Source of the DNA: Candidatus Latescibacterota bacterium
GTDB taxonomy: Bacteria; Latescibacterota; UBA2968; UBA8231
DNA: 64,000 nt
Direction of reading: 5' to 3'
NCBI GenBank assembly: GCA_022825835.1
Contig: JAJDVZ010000131.1
Location: 15,532-79,531 of the forward strand
The translations under genes and the position numbers were made by a program. Below the pieces are notes generated by a model. That model searched no databases. It worked only from the letters and a program-made list of their open reading frames with translations, and was not told the DNA's origin. Of this stretch, positions 35,629 through 44,770 are shown piece after piece; within the stretch, counting starts at the first letter, position 1; every line of letters starts with the position of its first letter.

Positions 35629-37038
35629 CTAGTACGTCCACTGCCGTGGCCGCGGCCGCTCGCGCTCTAGCAGCCGCTCTAGCAGCCGCTTGCGCACCGC
35701 CTGCAACTGGTCGGCGTATTCGCTCTCGCCCGCCACGTCTTCGTAGGCTAGCGGGTCGCGTTCTAGGTCGAAGAGTGCCTCCGCTCCGCTGGCATCCACC
35801 ACGTAGCGCAACCCCTCCACGCGCAGCGTCTTCCAGTGTCGCTCAGGTTGGGTCATTTCCGTGATGGCGCAGCCGGGGCCAGCGCCTTCCTCACCGCGCA
35901 GGTCGGCCAACAGGGAGCTGCCTTGCAATGCGTCCGGCCGCTGAATCGCGGCAGCTTCCAGCAGCGTCGGCACCACGTCTAGTGCCTCGACGACGCGGGA
36001 ACAGTGCCCTCCGGCGCTTGCTCCGCTTGGCCAGCGCATCAGCAGAGGGACGCGCGAGGCCGCATCGTGACCGGGGTACCCCTTGCCGTAGCGCAGATGT
36101 TCGCCGAGCCACTCGCCGTGATCGGACGTGAAGACGACGATGGTGTTGTCCGCAATGCCGAGCCCGTCGAGCCGGTCGAGAATGCGGCCGACGTGGTGAT
36201 CCACCTCGGAGACCATCGCGTAATAGCCGTGGCGTGCCGAGCGCAATTCGTCGTCGGAAAAGTGCTGTGGGCCTCGGCGGGCGTCGAGAGCCGGTGGAAA
36301 TGGAGGCAACGTCAGCGCAGCCGGATCGTAGAGGTCGAGGAACTCTTGAGGGGCCACCCACGGACTGTGCGGCGAATAGAATCCGGCAATGCAGAGGAAG
36401 GGGCCGTCCCTATGGCGCGTCAAAAACTCCATGGTCTGCTCGGCGACAAACGCCGTGTGGGTCAGGTCGCTGCGGCAGCGGTTGGCGAGGGCGCGTATGG
36501 GGAAGCGTTCAGACGGATGCGCGATCCCATCGCGGACATTCATAATTCGCTTCCACTCGATTGAACTGGGGGCCTCGCCGAGGCTGACGAGGTCGAGTTG
36601 CTCGGGGGCTTGCGCCGCCACCCAAGCGCGGTACGCATCGTGGTACGAACCCGGCTCGTCCGAAATTTCCAAGTGGTCGAAGCCATAGTCGGGATGGGGG
36701 TCGCGGTGGTCGCGGTTGGCGTGCGGCAAAAAGTGCAGCTTGCCAATCTGGCCGCTGCAATAGCCGTAGTTGCGCAGCAAGCGCGGCAAGATCGGCGCGT
36801 CCTCGGGCACGGGTACGCCCATGTGCGAAAGTCCTAGCGTGGATGGATACTGCCCGGTGAGAAAGCTCACGCGGCTGGGCATGCAAACCGGATTCTGCAC
36901 AAAGCAGTGGTCGAAATTTACCCCAGCGGCAGCGAGCCGGTCCAAGTGCGGCGTGCGGATTTCAGAATTGCCGTTGACGCCGAGGGCGTCCCACCGCTGC
37001 TGATCCGTGTAGAGGATGAGGATATTGGGCCGCTGCAT
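35629..37038 (-). CDS. S1 sulfatase (choline-sulfatase/arylsulfatase-like)
   Basis: PNILILYTDQQR, CMPSRVSFLTG, GKLH, PHSP, FTSDHG. Confidence 0.9.
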   Translation of the reverse strand: MQRPNILILYTDQQRWDALGVNGNSEIRTPHLDRLAAAGVNFDHCFVQNPVCMPSRVSFLTGQYPSTLGLSHMGVPVPEDAPILPRLLRNYGYCSGQIGKLHFLPHANRDHRDPHPDYGFDHLEISDEPGSYHDAYRAWVAAQAPEQLDLVSLGEAPSSIEWKRIMNVRDGIAHPSERFPIRALANRCRSDLTHTAFVAEQTMEFLTRHRDGPFLCIAGFYSPHSPWVAPQEFLDLYDPAALTLPPFPPALDARRGPQHFSDDELRSARHGYYAMVSEVDHHVGRILDRLDGLGIADNTIVVFTSDHGEWLGEHLRYGKGYPGHDAASRVPLLMRWPSGASAGGHCSRVVEALDVVPTLLEAAAIQRPDALQGSSLLADLRGEEGAGPGCAITEMTQPERHWKTLRVEGLRYVVDASGAEALFDLERDPLAYEDVAGESEYADQLQAVRKRLLERLLERERPRPRQWTY

Positions 37039-37077
37039 AGTCGGCGTGGATTCCTTGGAGATGTTGTGTGGATGAGG

Positions 37078-37236
37078 CTACGGACTGGTCTGTGGCGGCG
37101 TCCGCTTGGCTCGCGTGAGTTTTCGCCAGCCCCTGCACAGAAAGCGCTGCGGAAAATCCGCGCCGATGAGCGGACTCAGCGGAAACCACAGTACCGCGTG
37201 GACGATCTTGATTACTTTGTGCAAGACGTTTTTCAT
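37078..37236 (-). CDS. Small 52-aa hypothetical protein (not in ORF track)
   Basis: ATG overlaps the SCO gene stop (ATGA) with GAGGA upstream. Reads MKNVLHKVIKIVHAVLWFPLSPLIGADFPQRFLCRGWRKLTRAKRTPPQTSP and fills the intergenic gap. Confidence 0.45.
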   Translation of the reverse strand: MKNVLHKVIKIVHAVLWFPLSPLIGADFPQRFLCRGWRKLTRAKRTPPQTSP

Positions 37237-37850
37237 GGCTTTTCTTCCTCGGCAAAGAGTTGCTCGGTTACTGCGGCCATCAGCTCGGGGCCGTCGCTCT
37301 GGCGGAAGAGGAATCGCACCTTGCCCTGCTGATCGATCAGGTAGGTATAGGTTGAGTGATCGACTAAGTAGGCTTCCTGCTCCTCTCCGAGGCTGTAGTG
37401 AGCGCCATACTGGCGCACCACTTGGTCGATTTCCTCCTTGTCGCCGCGCAGGCCAATCGCATCAAGGGCGAAGTAGGAGAGATATTCCGCTAACTTCTCC
37501 TGCGTATCGCGCTTGGGATCCACGGTGACGAAGAGAGTCGTCAACTCCTGCTGATCCTCGCCTAAGAGCTGATAGACGCGGCCCATCTTCGACAGGGTCA
37601 CCGGGCAGATGTCGGGGCAATAGGTGTACCCGAAGAAGAGCATGGCGGCTTGGCCGCGCAAACTTTGCAATTCAAAGGACGCGCCGTGCTGATCCACGAG
37701 CGCGAAGTCGCCGCCAATGCCGCCGAAATCCTGTAAGGCGGGGACCTCCACGGGGGCGGGGGTTTCGGCCTTTGGGGCCTCCGGCTGAGCGCCGCACGCT
37801 ACAAGCAGCGCAAAAACCGCGCAGCAGACCAGCGCGTCACTCGCTCTCAT
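37233..37850 (-). CDS. SCO1/SenC family copper chaperone lipoprotein
   Basis: Lipobox LVAC, GGDFALVDQ, FFGYTYCPDICP (CxxxC), VTVDPKRD, YLVDHS. Confidence 0.93.
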   Translation of the reverse strand: MRASDALVCCAVFALLVACGAQPEAPKAETPAPVEVPALQDFGGIGGDFALVDQHGASFELQSLRGQAAMLFFGYTYCPDICPVTLSKMGRVYQLLGEDQQELTTLFVTVDPKRDTQEKLAEYLSYFALDAIGLRGDKEEIDQVVRQYGAHYSLGEEQEAYLVDHSTYTYLIDQQGKVRFLFRQSDGPELMAAVTEQLFAEEEKP

Positions 37851-38274
37851 AAAGACCTTTCTTTTCCACCGGCATTTGTACGCGCCTTTCCGTTCCATTG
37901 CCAAAGCGCAACACCAACTCCACCTCATCGCCGTCCCGCAACGGCTGGCGCAGTTCCATCAGCATCAGGTGGGTACCGCCCGGCTTCAGCGCAACTTCTT
38001 CGCCTGCTGGAACTTGCAGCTCTGCGACTTGGCGCATCGTCATCCGGTCGTCTTTGTGTTCCATTACGTGTATCTCGGCTCGCTCGGCAGCCTCGGTTGC
38101 CACGGCAACCAATGCGACGGATTCGCCGCTTCGGTTTTCAATGACCAAGTAACCAGCGGCCGGGCTGCGCGGGGGCGGCTCGCGGATCCAAGCGTCGCGC
38201 ACGACGATGGGGTCGCCGGTATGCTCTTGCCCGCATCCGATGATAAGGAGTAACAGCGCGGAGACGATTTTCAC
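37837..38274 (-). CDS. PCu(A)C copper chaperone
   Basis: DAWIR, AAGYLVIEN, EIH-x-M...M-T-M, LKPGGTHLML (H/M copper motif). Confidence 0.92.
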   Translation of the reverse strand: MKIVSALLLLIIGCGQEHTGDPIVVRDAWIREPPPRSPAAGYLVIENRSGESVALVAVATEAAERAEIHVMEHKDDRMTMRQVAELQVPAGEEVALKPGGTHLMLMELRQPLRDGDEVELVLRFGNGTERRVQMPVEKKGLYESE

Positions 38275-38301
38275 CGGATATTTCCCTTTGTATATCGGCC
38301 C

Positions 38302-39114
38302 TTAGACCTTGACGCCAATCACGCCGACCATGGGCGGCGATGCAATACTCGCTTGCGGATCGCGGGCGTTGGCCTGCCACTCTTCCCAATGCACGGCGCA
38401 CTCTTCCTCGCGCAATGCGCCGCGTGCCACAAGCTCGGGCAGATACACGCGCAGAAACTGCTCTATCCAGCGCCAAATGCGGTTGCCTGGGCGGGCAATA
38501 CCCCCGATGGGAACGACCTCCACGGCCTCCAAACCATACCGCGCCATTAGCTCCGGCAGCTTCCCGCCGATATCCAACCTCCCGCCAAAACTCTCATGGA
38601 CCGCCCGCAACACGCGCCGCAAGTGAGGGTACTCAATCCGGGCGACAAACGCCCCATAAGCGCAGTAATCCACAATCACTAAGCGACCGCCCGGTCTCAG
38701 CGCCCGCGCCACCCGCGCTATCACCCCTTCCGGCTCCTCTATGAAGCAGAGCAACCAGCGGGCAAACGCAGCGTCCATAGAAGCGGCCGGCAGGTCGAGG
38801 GTGCGGACATCCGCTACGGCGACCTCGACTTGCTGCAAGCCGGCTGATGCGGCGCGGTGCCGGAGAAAATCCGCGAACTTCGGCGATCCATCAACCGCCA
38901 AAATGCACCCCTCTGCCCCCACGCGCTCGGCCAGTTCCAAGCTGGTAAAGCCCGGTCCGCAACCTAGATCGAGAATCGCCTGCCCGACCCTGAAATCGGC
39001 ACGCTCCCACAAGTCTGCGGTCTCGGGGTACCACGTGTCGTGCTGCGCTTGTAGGCGGCGCAGTTCCTCCTCGTCGGTTCCCAACAAGTAATCTCGTTCG
39101 GCAGCAGTGCTCAC
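38302..39114 (-). CDS. Class I SAM-dependent methyltransferase
   Basis: YLLG..EELRRL..QH, ILDLGCGPG, LRPGGRL. Confidence 0.88.
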   Translation of the reverse strand: MSTAAERDYLLGTDEEELRRLQAQHDTWYPETADLWERADFRVGQAILDLGCGPGFTSLELAERVGAEGCILAVDGSPKFADFLRHRAASAGLQQVEVAVADVRTLDLPAASMDAAFARWLLCFIEEPEGVIARVARALRPGGRLVIVDYCAYGAFVARIEYPHLRRVLRAVHESFGGRLDIGGKLPELMARYGLEAVEVVPIGGIARPGNRIWRWIEQFLRVYLPELVARGALREEECAVHWEEWQANARDPQASIASPPMVGVIGVKV

Positions 39115-39120
39115 GGGTGC

Positions 39121-40341
39121 TTACTCCGGCGGCAAGATCAAATACTCGCCCTCGCGGATCCCATAGCTGTCGCCGAGTTCAGGATACGCAATCCCCGCTC
39201 GGCCATTCCAGTCCCAGACCACTTCGCCGTCCTTGACCGTCAGTTCGCAAAACAGCCGCTGCTGGCCGTCCAACCGGCCGTCGAACGAATCGGCGTAGCC
39301 AAAATTCCCCTCCATCAGCTTCAAGGCCGCCACATCGGCCACGGCACCCACCGACAGATGGCCCAACTCGGGGTGGCCAATCTCCCGCGCCGGATTGATG
39401 GTTGAGGTGCGAATGACCTCGCCGAGCGGCATGCCCATCACCAGAAACTTCGACATGGTAGTAGCCATGTCGAGCATACCCATATTCATGCAGAGGACGT
39501 GCAAGTCGGTCGAGATCGAGTCTGGATAGAAGCCTTGGGCGATGGCTGGGACCGCGTTGCGAAAACAGAAACTGCCGCCACCGTGCCCCACGTCCAAGAT
39601 GACGCCCTTTGCCCGCGCCTCGTGCAGGTAGGGCAGCACCTTGCCATCCGCGTCAAACCACGGCGTCGGGCCGCGGAAGATGTGGGTGCTTATATCGCCC
39701 GGGCGCAGCTTTTCGCCCAAGAGCTGGTAGTAGGGCCGCTCCTTTCTGAAGTAGCCAAAGTCGATCATCACCCGCGTCGCGGCCTTTTCGGCTGCCGCGA
39801 GCGCGCGATCGACCGAAATCCATTCGGGGCCGATGTAGTGCGCCGTCTTGATGCCTACTACCACGTCCTCATTTTCTCGCGCCACGCTCGCCGTCTTGTC
39901 GGGGTCCATGTCGTACGGATTCTGCTCGTGGTCGATTGAGGTCATTCCGGTCCCGGCGATATTGACCAGCGCAAAGAGCCGCGTCTGGCAGCGGTCGATT
40001 ACCCGATAGCGAAAATCCTCAAAATTGCGCCAGCCCGCGCTTCCGGTATCCACCAGCGTCGTCACGCCAGTGCGAAAACTAAAGCCGTCGGGCAGGATGC
40101 TGTTGTCGCCAGCCCACGTATCGCGGTGGCCGGCCGTGGCATAGGCGTGGATGTGGATATCTACCAGCCCCGGCGTCACGTAGAGTCCGCTCACGTCGAT
40201 GACCTGCCTAGCACCCTCGGTCGGCAAATCCGCATCTACAGCCGCGATCATCTCCCCTGTGATGCCGATGTCCTTGGGCGCGTCAATGCCGTTTTGGGGG
40301 TCGATCAGATGACCGCCCTTGAGTACGAGATCAAACTGCAT
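39121..40341 (-). CDS. Amidohydrolase/deacetylase family metallohydrolase (dihydroorotase-like)
   Basis: PGLVDIHIH, GVTTLVDTGSAG, VGIK, DVGHGGGSF, ISTDLH. Confidence 0.88.
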   Translation of the reverse strand: MQFDLVLKGGHLIDPQNGIDAPKDIGITGEMIAAVDADLPTEGARQVIDVSGLYVTPGLVDIHIHAYATAGHRDTWAGDNSILPDGFSFRTGVTTLVDTGSAGWRNFEDFRYRVIDRCQTRLFALVNIAGTGMTSIDHEQNPYDMDPDKTASVARENEDVVVGIKTAHYIGPEWISVDRALAAAEKAATRVMIDFGYFRKERPYYQLLGEKLRPGDISTHIFRGPTPWFDADGKVLPYLHEARAKGVILDVGHGGGSFCFRNAVPAIAQGFYPDSISTDLHVLCMNMGMLDMATTMSKFLVMGMPLGEVIRTSTINPAREIGHPELGHLSVGAVADVAALKLMEGNFGYADSFDGRLDGQQRLFCELTVKDGEVVWDWNGRAGIAYPELGDSYGIREGEYLILPPE

Positions 40342-40416
40342 GGTGAGACTTCTCCGATAATTAGATGAAAGCTAAAAAATAAAGAACCGCGTTCCTGTCT
40401 GCTACGCACCCAGCAA

Positions 40417-40440
40417 TCCGGCCTCAGCATTGGGGCCGGA
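40417..40440. repeat. Palindromic hairpin TCCGGCCTCAGCATTGGGGCCGGA, repeated at 48640
   Basis: Inverted repeat with one G-U pair, just after the squalene synthase stop. The first 22 nt are identical to 48640..48661. Confidence 0.65.
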
Positions 40441-40443
40441 ACT

Positions 40444-41484
40444 TCAGGCCGATGCCTCCACATGCGAGGGCAGCTTGCGCGTAAACCGCGCAAACAGTGC
40501 TTTGAGTACTGCGTCACTGCGCGCCGCAAGGCTGGTCACGATCACGGTTGCCCACACGCTGCGCCGCGAGATTTTGACCTGCTGCCCACTGGTAAAGTCC
40601 GCGTGGGCGTGGATGCGCCGCAACGTCAGCACGGCCATGCCCAGTGCCCAAAGGCAGAACCGGCGAATGCCGGTTTCGCGCCCGGGGATGAGCAACGTGA
40701 ACGCCAGCGCATTGCCGAGGTGCATCCGGGCCACGCCGACCAATTGGCTCAGTGCCGTGCGGAACGCGGGATTCGTCTGGCCGGCCTCAAGCGAGCGCAA
40801 GTCAAACCCGGCTTGCTGGAACACGTCGCGCGGCAGCCAACACGCGCCGCGCGCCCGGTCGTCCCAGATGTCCTTGAGGATGTTGGTCATCTGCAAGCCT
40901 TGGCCGAACGACACGGCGAGCTGCAACAACTTCTTGCGATGGCGCTCGATTTCCACCGAATAGTCGCAGAATAGCTCGGTGAGCATCTCGCCGACGACGC
41001 CAGCGACGTGATAGCAATAGCGGTCGAGGTGGGGGAGGTCATCTAGGCCTTTGAGGCCTGGGCTTTGCTGAAACTCGGCCATGCCGCGCGACATGATCCG
41101 CACGCAGCGCACGAGTGCGGCGCGCTGCCGCTCGGAAAACCCTTGCGTGAGCCGCAGCACCCTTGGGGTATTGGCCACGAGTTGGCGTTCGGCGAGCAGC
41201 ATGCTGTCGGACAGGCGCGGCGCGAGCTGCTCGGCGAATGGGGCGGGCGGCTCCTCGCCGGCGACGACCCGGATAAATCGCTCGGAAAACTCGCGTTTCC
41301 CGTCGGGTGACAGAGCTGGCTCATCCTCGATGGTGTCGGCGATGCGGCACAGCAGATACGCATTGCCCACAACATCGCGCAGGCCCGTTGGAAGCTGCGG
41401 AATGGTGAGCGCGAACGTCCGCGAAACCTCTTGCAGGGTCGCGCCCTGCCATGCCAGATCAGCGGTATGTTCGTCAGTCGTCAT
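40444..41484 (-). CDS. Squalene/phytoene synthase family protein, squalene synthase-like
   Basis: VSRTFALTI, YLLCRIADTIED, YCYHVAGVVG, GLQMTNILKD..DD..RG.CWLP. Confidence 0.85.
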   Translation of the reverse strand: MTTDEHTADLAWQGATLQEVSRTFALTIPQLPTGLRDVVGNAYLLCRIADTIEDEPALSPDGKREFSERFIRVVAGEEPPAPFAEQLAPRLSDSMLLAERQLVANTPRVLRLTQGFSERQRAALVRCVRIMSRGMAEFQQSPGLKGLDDLPHLDRYCYHVAGVVGEMLTELFCDYSVEIERHRKKLLQLAVSFGQGLQMTNILKDIWDDRARGACWLPRDVFQQAGFDLRSLEAGQTNPAFRTALSQLVGVARMHLGNALAFTLLIPGRETGIRRFCLWALGMAVLTLRRIHAHADFTSGQQVKISRRSVWATVIVTSLAARSDAVLKALFARFTRKLPSHVEASA

Positions 41485-41615
41485 GGTAGTCAATCCTAAA
41501 AGGTCGGTGAAGCTCGACGTGTTTTCGCATCTGACCTTGCGCAGCAAGCGGCAGACGTTGCACAAAGCTGTGTAAGGTCAGTTATGAATGATTTAGGATT
41601 GCTATATCATTAGAT

Positions 41616-41822
41616 TTATGGCAGATATTTCACAAGAGTCACCGCGGCGGCGACCGCCCCTATCGTGATGTAAAGGTTGCGGTTCAAACCCTTGTACAAC
41701 TCGGCTTTGAGTTCAGATAGCTTGCCCTCTAGGCGGGCAATATCGGCTTTAGTAGCTAGATGCTTGTAAACGCCTTCCAGTCGGGACAGACGCTCTTCAG
41801 TGGTCATTTGGGGTGTGGTCAT
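41616..41822 (-). CDS. Small coiled-coil protein with C-terminal membrane anchor (DUF1640/CCDC90-like)
   Basis: GGAGAGGAGG RBS. EERLSRLEG..HLATKADI..LE..L.ELKAEL followed by a hydrophobic tail. Confidence 0.6.
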   Translation of the reverse strand: MTTPQMTTEERLSRLEGVYKHLATKADIARLEGKLSELKAELYKGLNRNLYITIGAVAAAVTLVKYLP

Positions 41823-41983
41823 GGCGAGTCTCCTCCTCTCCTTATGGTGTACCAGAAAGTACCGGACGAGATAGGAGGCGTCAACGAGAATCCGGGACGC
41901 TTGGGCCTGATTGCAACAGGACAGTACCGGACCAAACTCCGCGTCCATTGCCGCGAACTCTTCTTCCCTATACTATCAGTATC

Positions 41984-42613
41984 ATGGAAATAGACCTTAA
42001 TCACCGCTTCAAAGGCGTCAACTACATCGAATCGCCCAACCAAGGCGGGCCCTTTGCCCCAGGGCTGCCCGACACCATCGTCATACACTACACGGCCGGT
42101 GCCAACGCCGAGTCGGCCATCCACACGCTCTGTGACCGAGAGCGCAAAGTCTCGGCCCACTTGGTCGTCGGCCGCGACGGTGCCGTGACTCAGCTCTTGC
42201 CTTTTAACATCGTCGGCTGGCACGCCGGTCGCAGCCAGTGGCGAGAGCGCACGAGCTTCAACCAGTACTCCATCGGCATCGAGATCGACAACGCGGGCCA
42301 ACTCTTGGAGCGGGATGGCCGCTACGAGTCGTGGTTCGGGCAGACGTATCCGGCCTCAGAGGTCGTGCGCGGCGCACACCGCAACCAGAGCCTGCCCGGT
42401 GCCCATCCGCAGATCCGTCAGCCTGTTTGCTATTGGCATCGCTATGCAGAAGTGCAATTCGAAGTAGTAGAGGCCATTTGTGCCGCGCTGATTGCGGCCT
42501 ACGGAATACGCTACATCCTCGGTCACGAGGAGATCGCCCCCGACCGCAAGGTCGATCCCGGCCCGGCCTTTCCGCTCGACGAAATGCGCGCCCGGCTTTT
42601 GGTCATCGCCTAA
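41984..42613 (+). CDS. N-acetylmuramoyl-L-alanine amidase (Amidase_2, AmpD-like)
   Basis: SPN, IVIHYTA, VSAHLVV, WHAG.S.W, SIGIE, GHEEIAP.RK.DPG. Confidence 0.9.
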   Translation: MEIDLNHRFKGVNYIESPNQGGPFAPGLPDTIVIHYTAGANAESAIHTLCDRERKVSAHLVVGRDGAVTQLLPFNIVGWHAGRSQWRERTSFNQYSIGIEIDNAGQLLERDGRYESWFGQTYPASEVVRGAHRNQSLPGAHPQIRQPVCYWHRYAEVQFEVVEAICAALIAAYGIRYILGHEEIAPDRKVDPGPAFPLDEMRARLLVIA

Positions 42614-42755
42614 CGGGGGCAAGGATCGTCACTAACAGCGGGTAGTGGGGCCTTTTGAAATACGCCTACGCCAAGAGGGGGCTTTGACGCCCCTCATTGA
42701 TCCACTTTTGACCACAGAGTCTCCTCACCCGATTCTCCAATCGGTTCCTCTGCGG

Positions 42756-43319
42756 TCAAAAGTGGATCAGCACCCACAGGCGCGGCATTTGAAGCCGCAG
42801 CCCCTTGGATTCTGTCTCCACTGCAGGGCTATCCCATTCCCACCAAGGTGCTTCATACGCCCAATTCTCGTATATCCCCCAGCTAACGCCCTGCCTGAGC
42901 GACACGACCATCTTCTTCCACGGCTGGAAGAAAACCCCCAAGCCGACCTCGACGTTTGAGCCACCGCCCGTAACACGATCCAGCCCTTCGCGCTGTCGGC
43001 TTTGGTGGTTGAAGGACACGTACCCAGTCTTGAAAAGCGGTCCCTTCGACAGGACTCGCTTAATCGTCAGCGACCCCCGGACATTGAACGACAAAAACCG
43101 TTGGTCCTGGTCAACCCCTACGTCGCCTTGAAGCGTATCCCACGACCATTCGAGCGCGTTGAATTCAACGCCCACCCAGGTCTTGGGGCGGATAAGCCAC
43201 ACGCCTACACCTGGCTGGAGGGGGGCTAGGCCGATGGCCACACGGGTATGGGCGACCATCGGCTCTTGGGCTGCATGAGCGGTGCTAGCCAAGAGCACCA
43301 GTAAGCACAAGCCCCACAT
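42756..43319 (-). CDS. Hypothetical exported protein, small outer-membrane beta-barrel-like
   Basis: Signal peptide ending AHA, alternating hydrophobic strands, C-terminal LWVLIHF (terminal Phe). Confidence 0.6.
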   Translation of the reverse strand: MWGLCLLVLLASTAHAAQEPMVAHTRVAIGLAPLQPGVGVWLIRPKTWVGVEFNALEWSWDTLQGDVGVDQDQRFLSFNVRGSLTIKRVLSKGPLFKTGYVSFNHQSRQREGLDRVTGGGSNVEVGLGVFFQPWKKMVVSLRQGVSWGIYENWAYEAPWWEWDSPAVETESKGLRLQMPRLWVLIHF

Positions 43320-43321
43320 GG

Positions 43322-44623
43322 CTACCTATAGTAATTCTTCCCTGACGGCTTGGTGGTTAGGTTGGTTTTTGACTCCTGAGGCTTGCCGTGGCAGGCGGAG
43401 TGGGTTTCGTGCAGGTACACATTGCCATTGCCATCTAAGTCGGCACTCTTCCAGTGCGCGACTTTATCGTCGGGATTGGGCCACAAATCTTCCTCGACCC
43501 ACTTCAGGTCAACATAGTCCTCCTTCTGATAGCCCGAAGTGCCCGAGGGAAATACCTGTCCCCAGCAAGGAAACCCCGCATGGAAATAGATTTCAGGTAA
43601 CTTCTGGCCTGATTTGGGGTAGTCCGTATCGGGCTCGTCGGCCGCTTCGTACCGCCGAGTTCTGGGGTTGAGGCTGTTGTTCCACGGATGGGCGAAATGC
43701 CGATGGGTCGGGGTATAGGTAAACGTCATCTCAGGCGGGGTGCCGTTCCCTTCGTGGGCGTCGGTAAAGCGGAACCGAGCTATGTAGATGGATTTACCGT
43801 GATAGCAGTCCGGGATCGAGTTGTTGCTGCCGTGGCTGCCGTGGGCCCAAGCGCGCGTAACCAAGAGGTTGCGTGGAGAAAGACGAGCAAGCAGCGTCGG
43901 CCGAAGGCCCGGCAAGGGATCTGCCATCGCCGTGGGCTGGTTTTCCGACCGCCAGAAGAAGTCCTCATCGTAGTTGATGAAGAAGAAAGGCTCGGCGCGC
44001 TTGAAGCTCGACGGGCTGAAAGGCATGGTAACGGGGTTCCCGTCCGGGTCAAATCCCTCAATCAAGTCGGTATCCTTCTCGTCGAGGACGGGCGTGTGAT
44101 ACACCTCAATGGGGGTGTTGCCCCGATACGTCCCATTGGGATCGACTAAGGTAACTTCCAGCCCGTAGAGCGCCTCAGCCGCCGACAGGAAAGCCTTGCC
44201 ATCATCATACACTGAGATGATGTCTATGAGCCTCCCGCCCAAGTTGGCCGCACCGATGTCCCTGACGAACCCAGTCGCCAAAAGCGCCAAGATCTCAGAC
44301 CGGCTATCAATGGTCTTGGATAGACTGGTCGGGCCAGCCTGACCAAAAGTGGCCCGCACGTCGGCGTCGCTGGTGGCTTGAGCCAAGCGTCGGGCGAATA
44401 TCTGCAGGTACGCGCGGTAGGTGTCTGCATCCCCCACGCCGGCGAAATGTCCATCTTCGTCCAAGCCGTGGAAGGGATCGTATGAGGAGAATGCTACCGC
44501 TTTGGGCGAAGCCGGGTTGGCCTCTAGGAAGGAGGAGCCGTCCGGGGAGCAGCTCCACGAGACGAACAGCGCTGAACTGAACAGCCCAGCGGAGATGAGG
44601 AACAGCGTCAAACGTTTCATCAT
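43322..44623 (-). CDS. Hypothetical lipoprotein
   Basis: MMKRLTLFLISAGLFSSALFVSWSC signal with Cys, and a 430-aa uninterrupted ORF. No family recognised. Confidence 0.65.
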   Translation of the reverse strand: MMKRLTLFLISAGLFSSALFVSWSCSPDGSSFLEANPASPKAVAFSSYDPFHGLDEDGHFAGVGDADTYRAYLQIFARRLAQATSDADVRATFGQAGPTSLSKTIDSRSEILALLATGFVRDIGAANLGGRLIDIISVYDDGKAFLSAAEALYGLEVTLVDPNGTYRGNTPIEVYHTPVLDEKDTDLIEGFDPDGNPVTMPFSPSSFKRAEPFFFINYDEDFFWRSENQPTAMADPLPGLRPTLLARLSPRNLLVTRAWAHGSHGSNNSIPDCYHGKSIYIARFRFTDAHEGNGTPPEMTFTYTPTHRHFAHPWNNSLNPRTRRYEAADEPDTDYPKSGQKLPEIYFHAGFPCWGQVFPSGTSGYQKEDYVDLKWVEEDLWPNPDDKVAHWKSADLDGNGNVYLHETHSACHGKPQESKTNLTTKPSGKNYYR

Positions 44624-44770
44624 GCTACCCTCTTTTGGGGTGATGTCGGACTCGATTGCCCGACGTGAATAGTACCCTTGCAAGAGAAACAGCGGTGATT
44701 TTCACGTCCTGACTTCTGCTGCTACTTGTTCTATACGAACCAAAATCCGGTTTGTCAACTAAACTTTATG

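Noticed and set aside
35663-35690. 12-bp tandem duplication CGCTCTAGCAGC
   Set aside because: It is an in-frame coding repeat (RLLE-RLLE) at the sulfatase C-terminus, consistent with ordinary slippage.
42389-42425. Possible insertion in the amidase (LPGAHPQIRQP) containing ATCCGCAGAT and flanked by AGCCTG
   Set aside because: The direct repeats are 31 nt apart (not frame-preserving) and only 6 bp. This cannot be separated from chance without orthologs.
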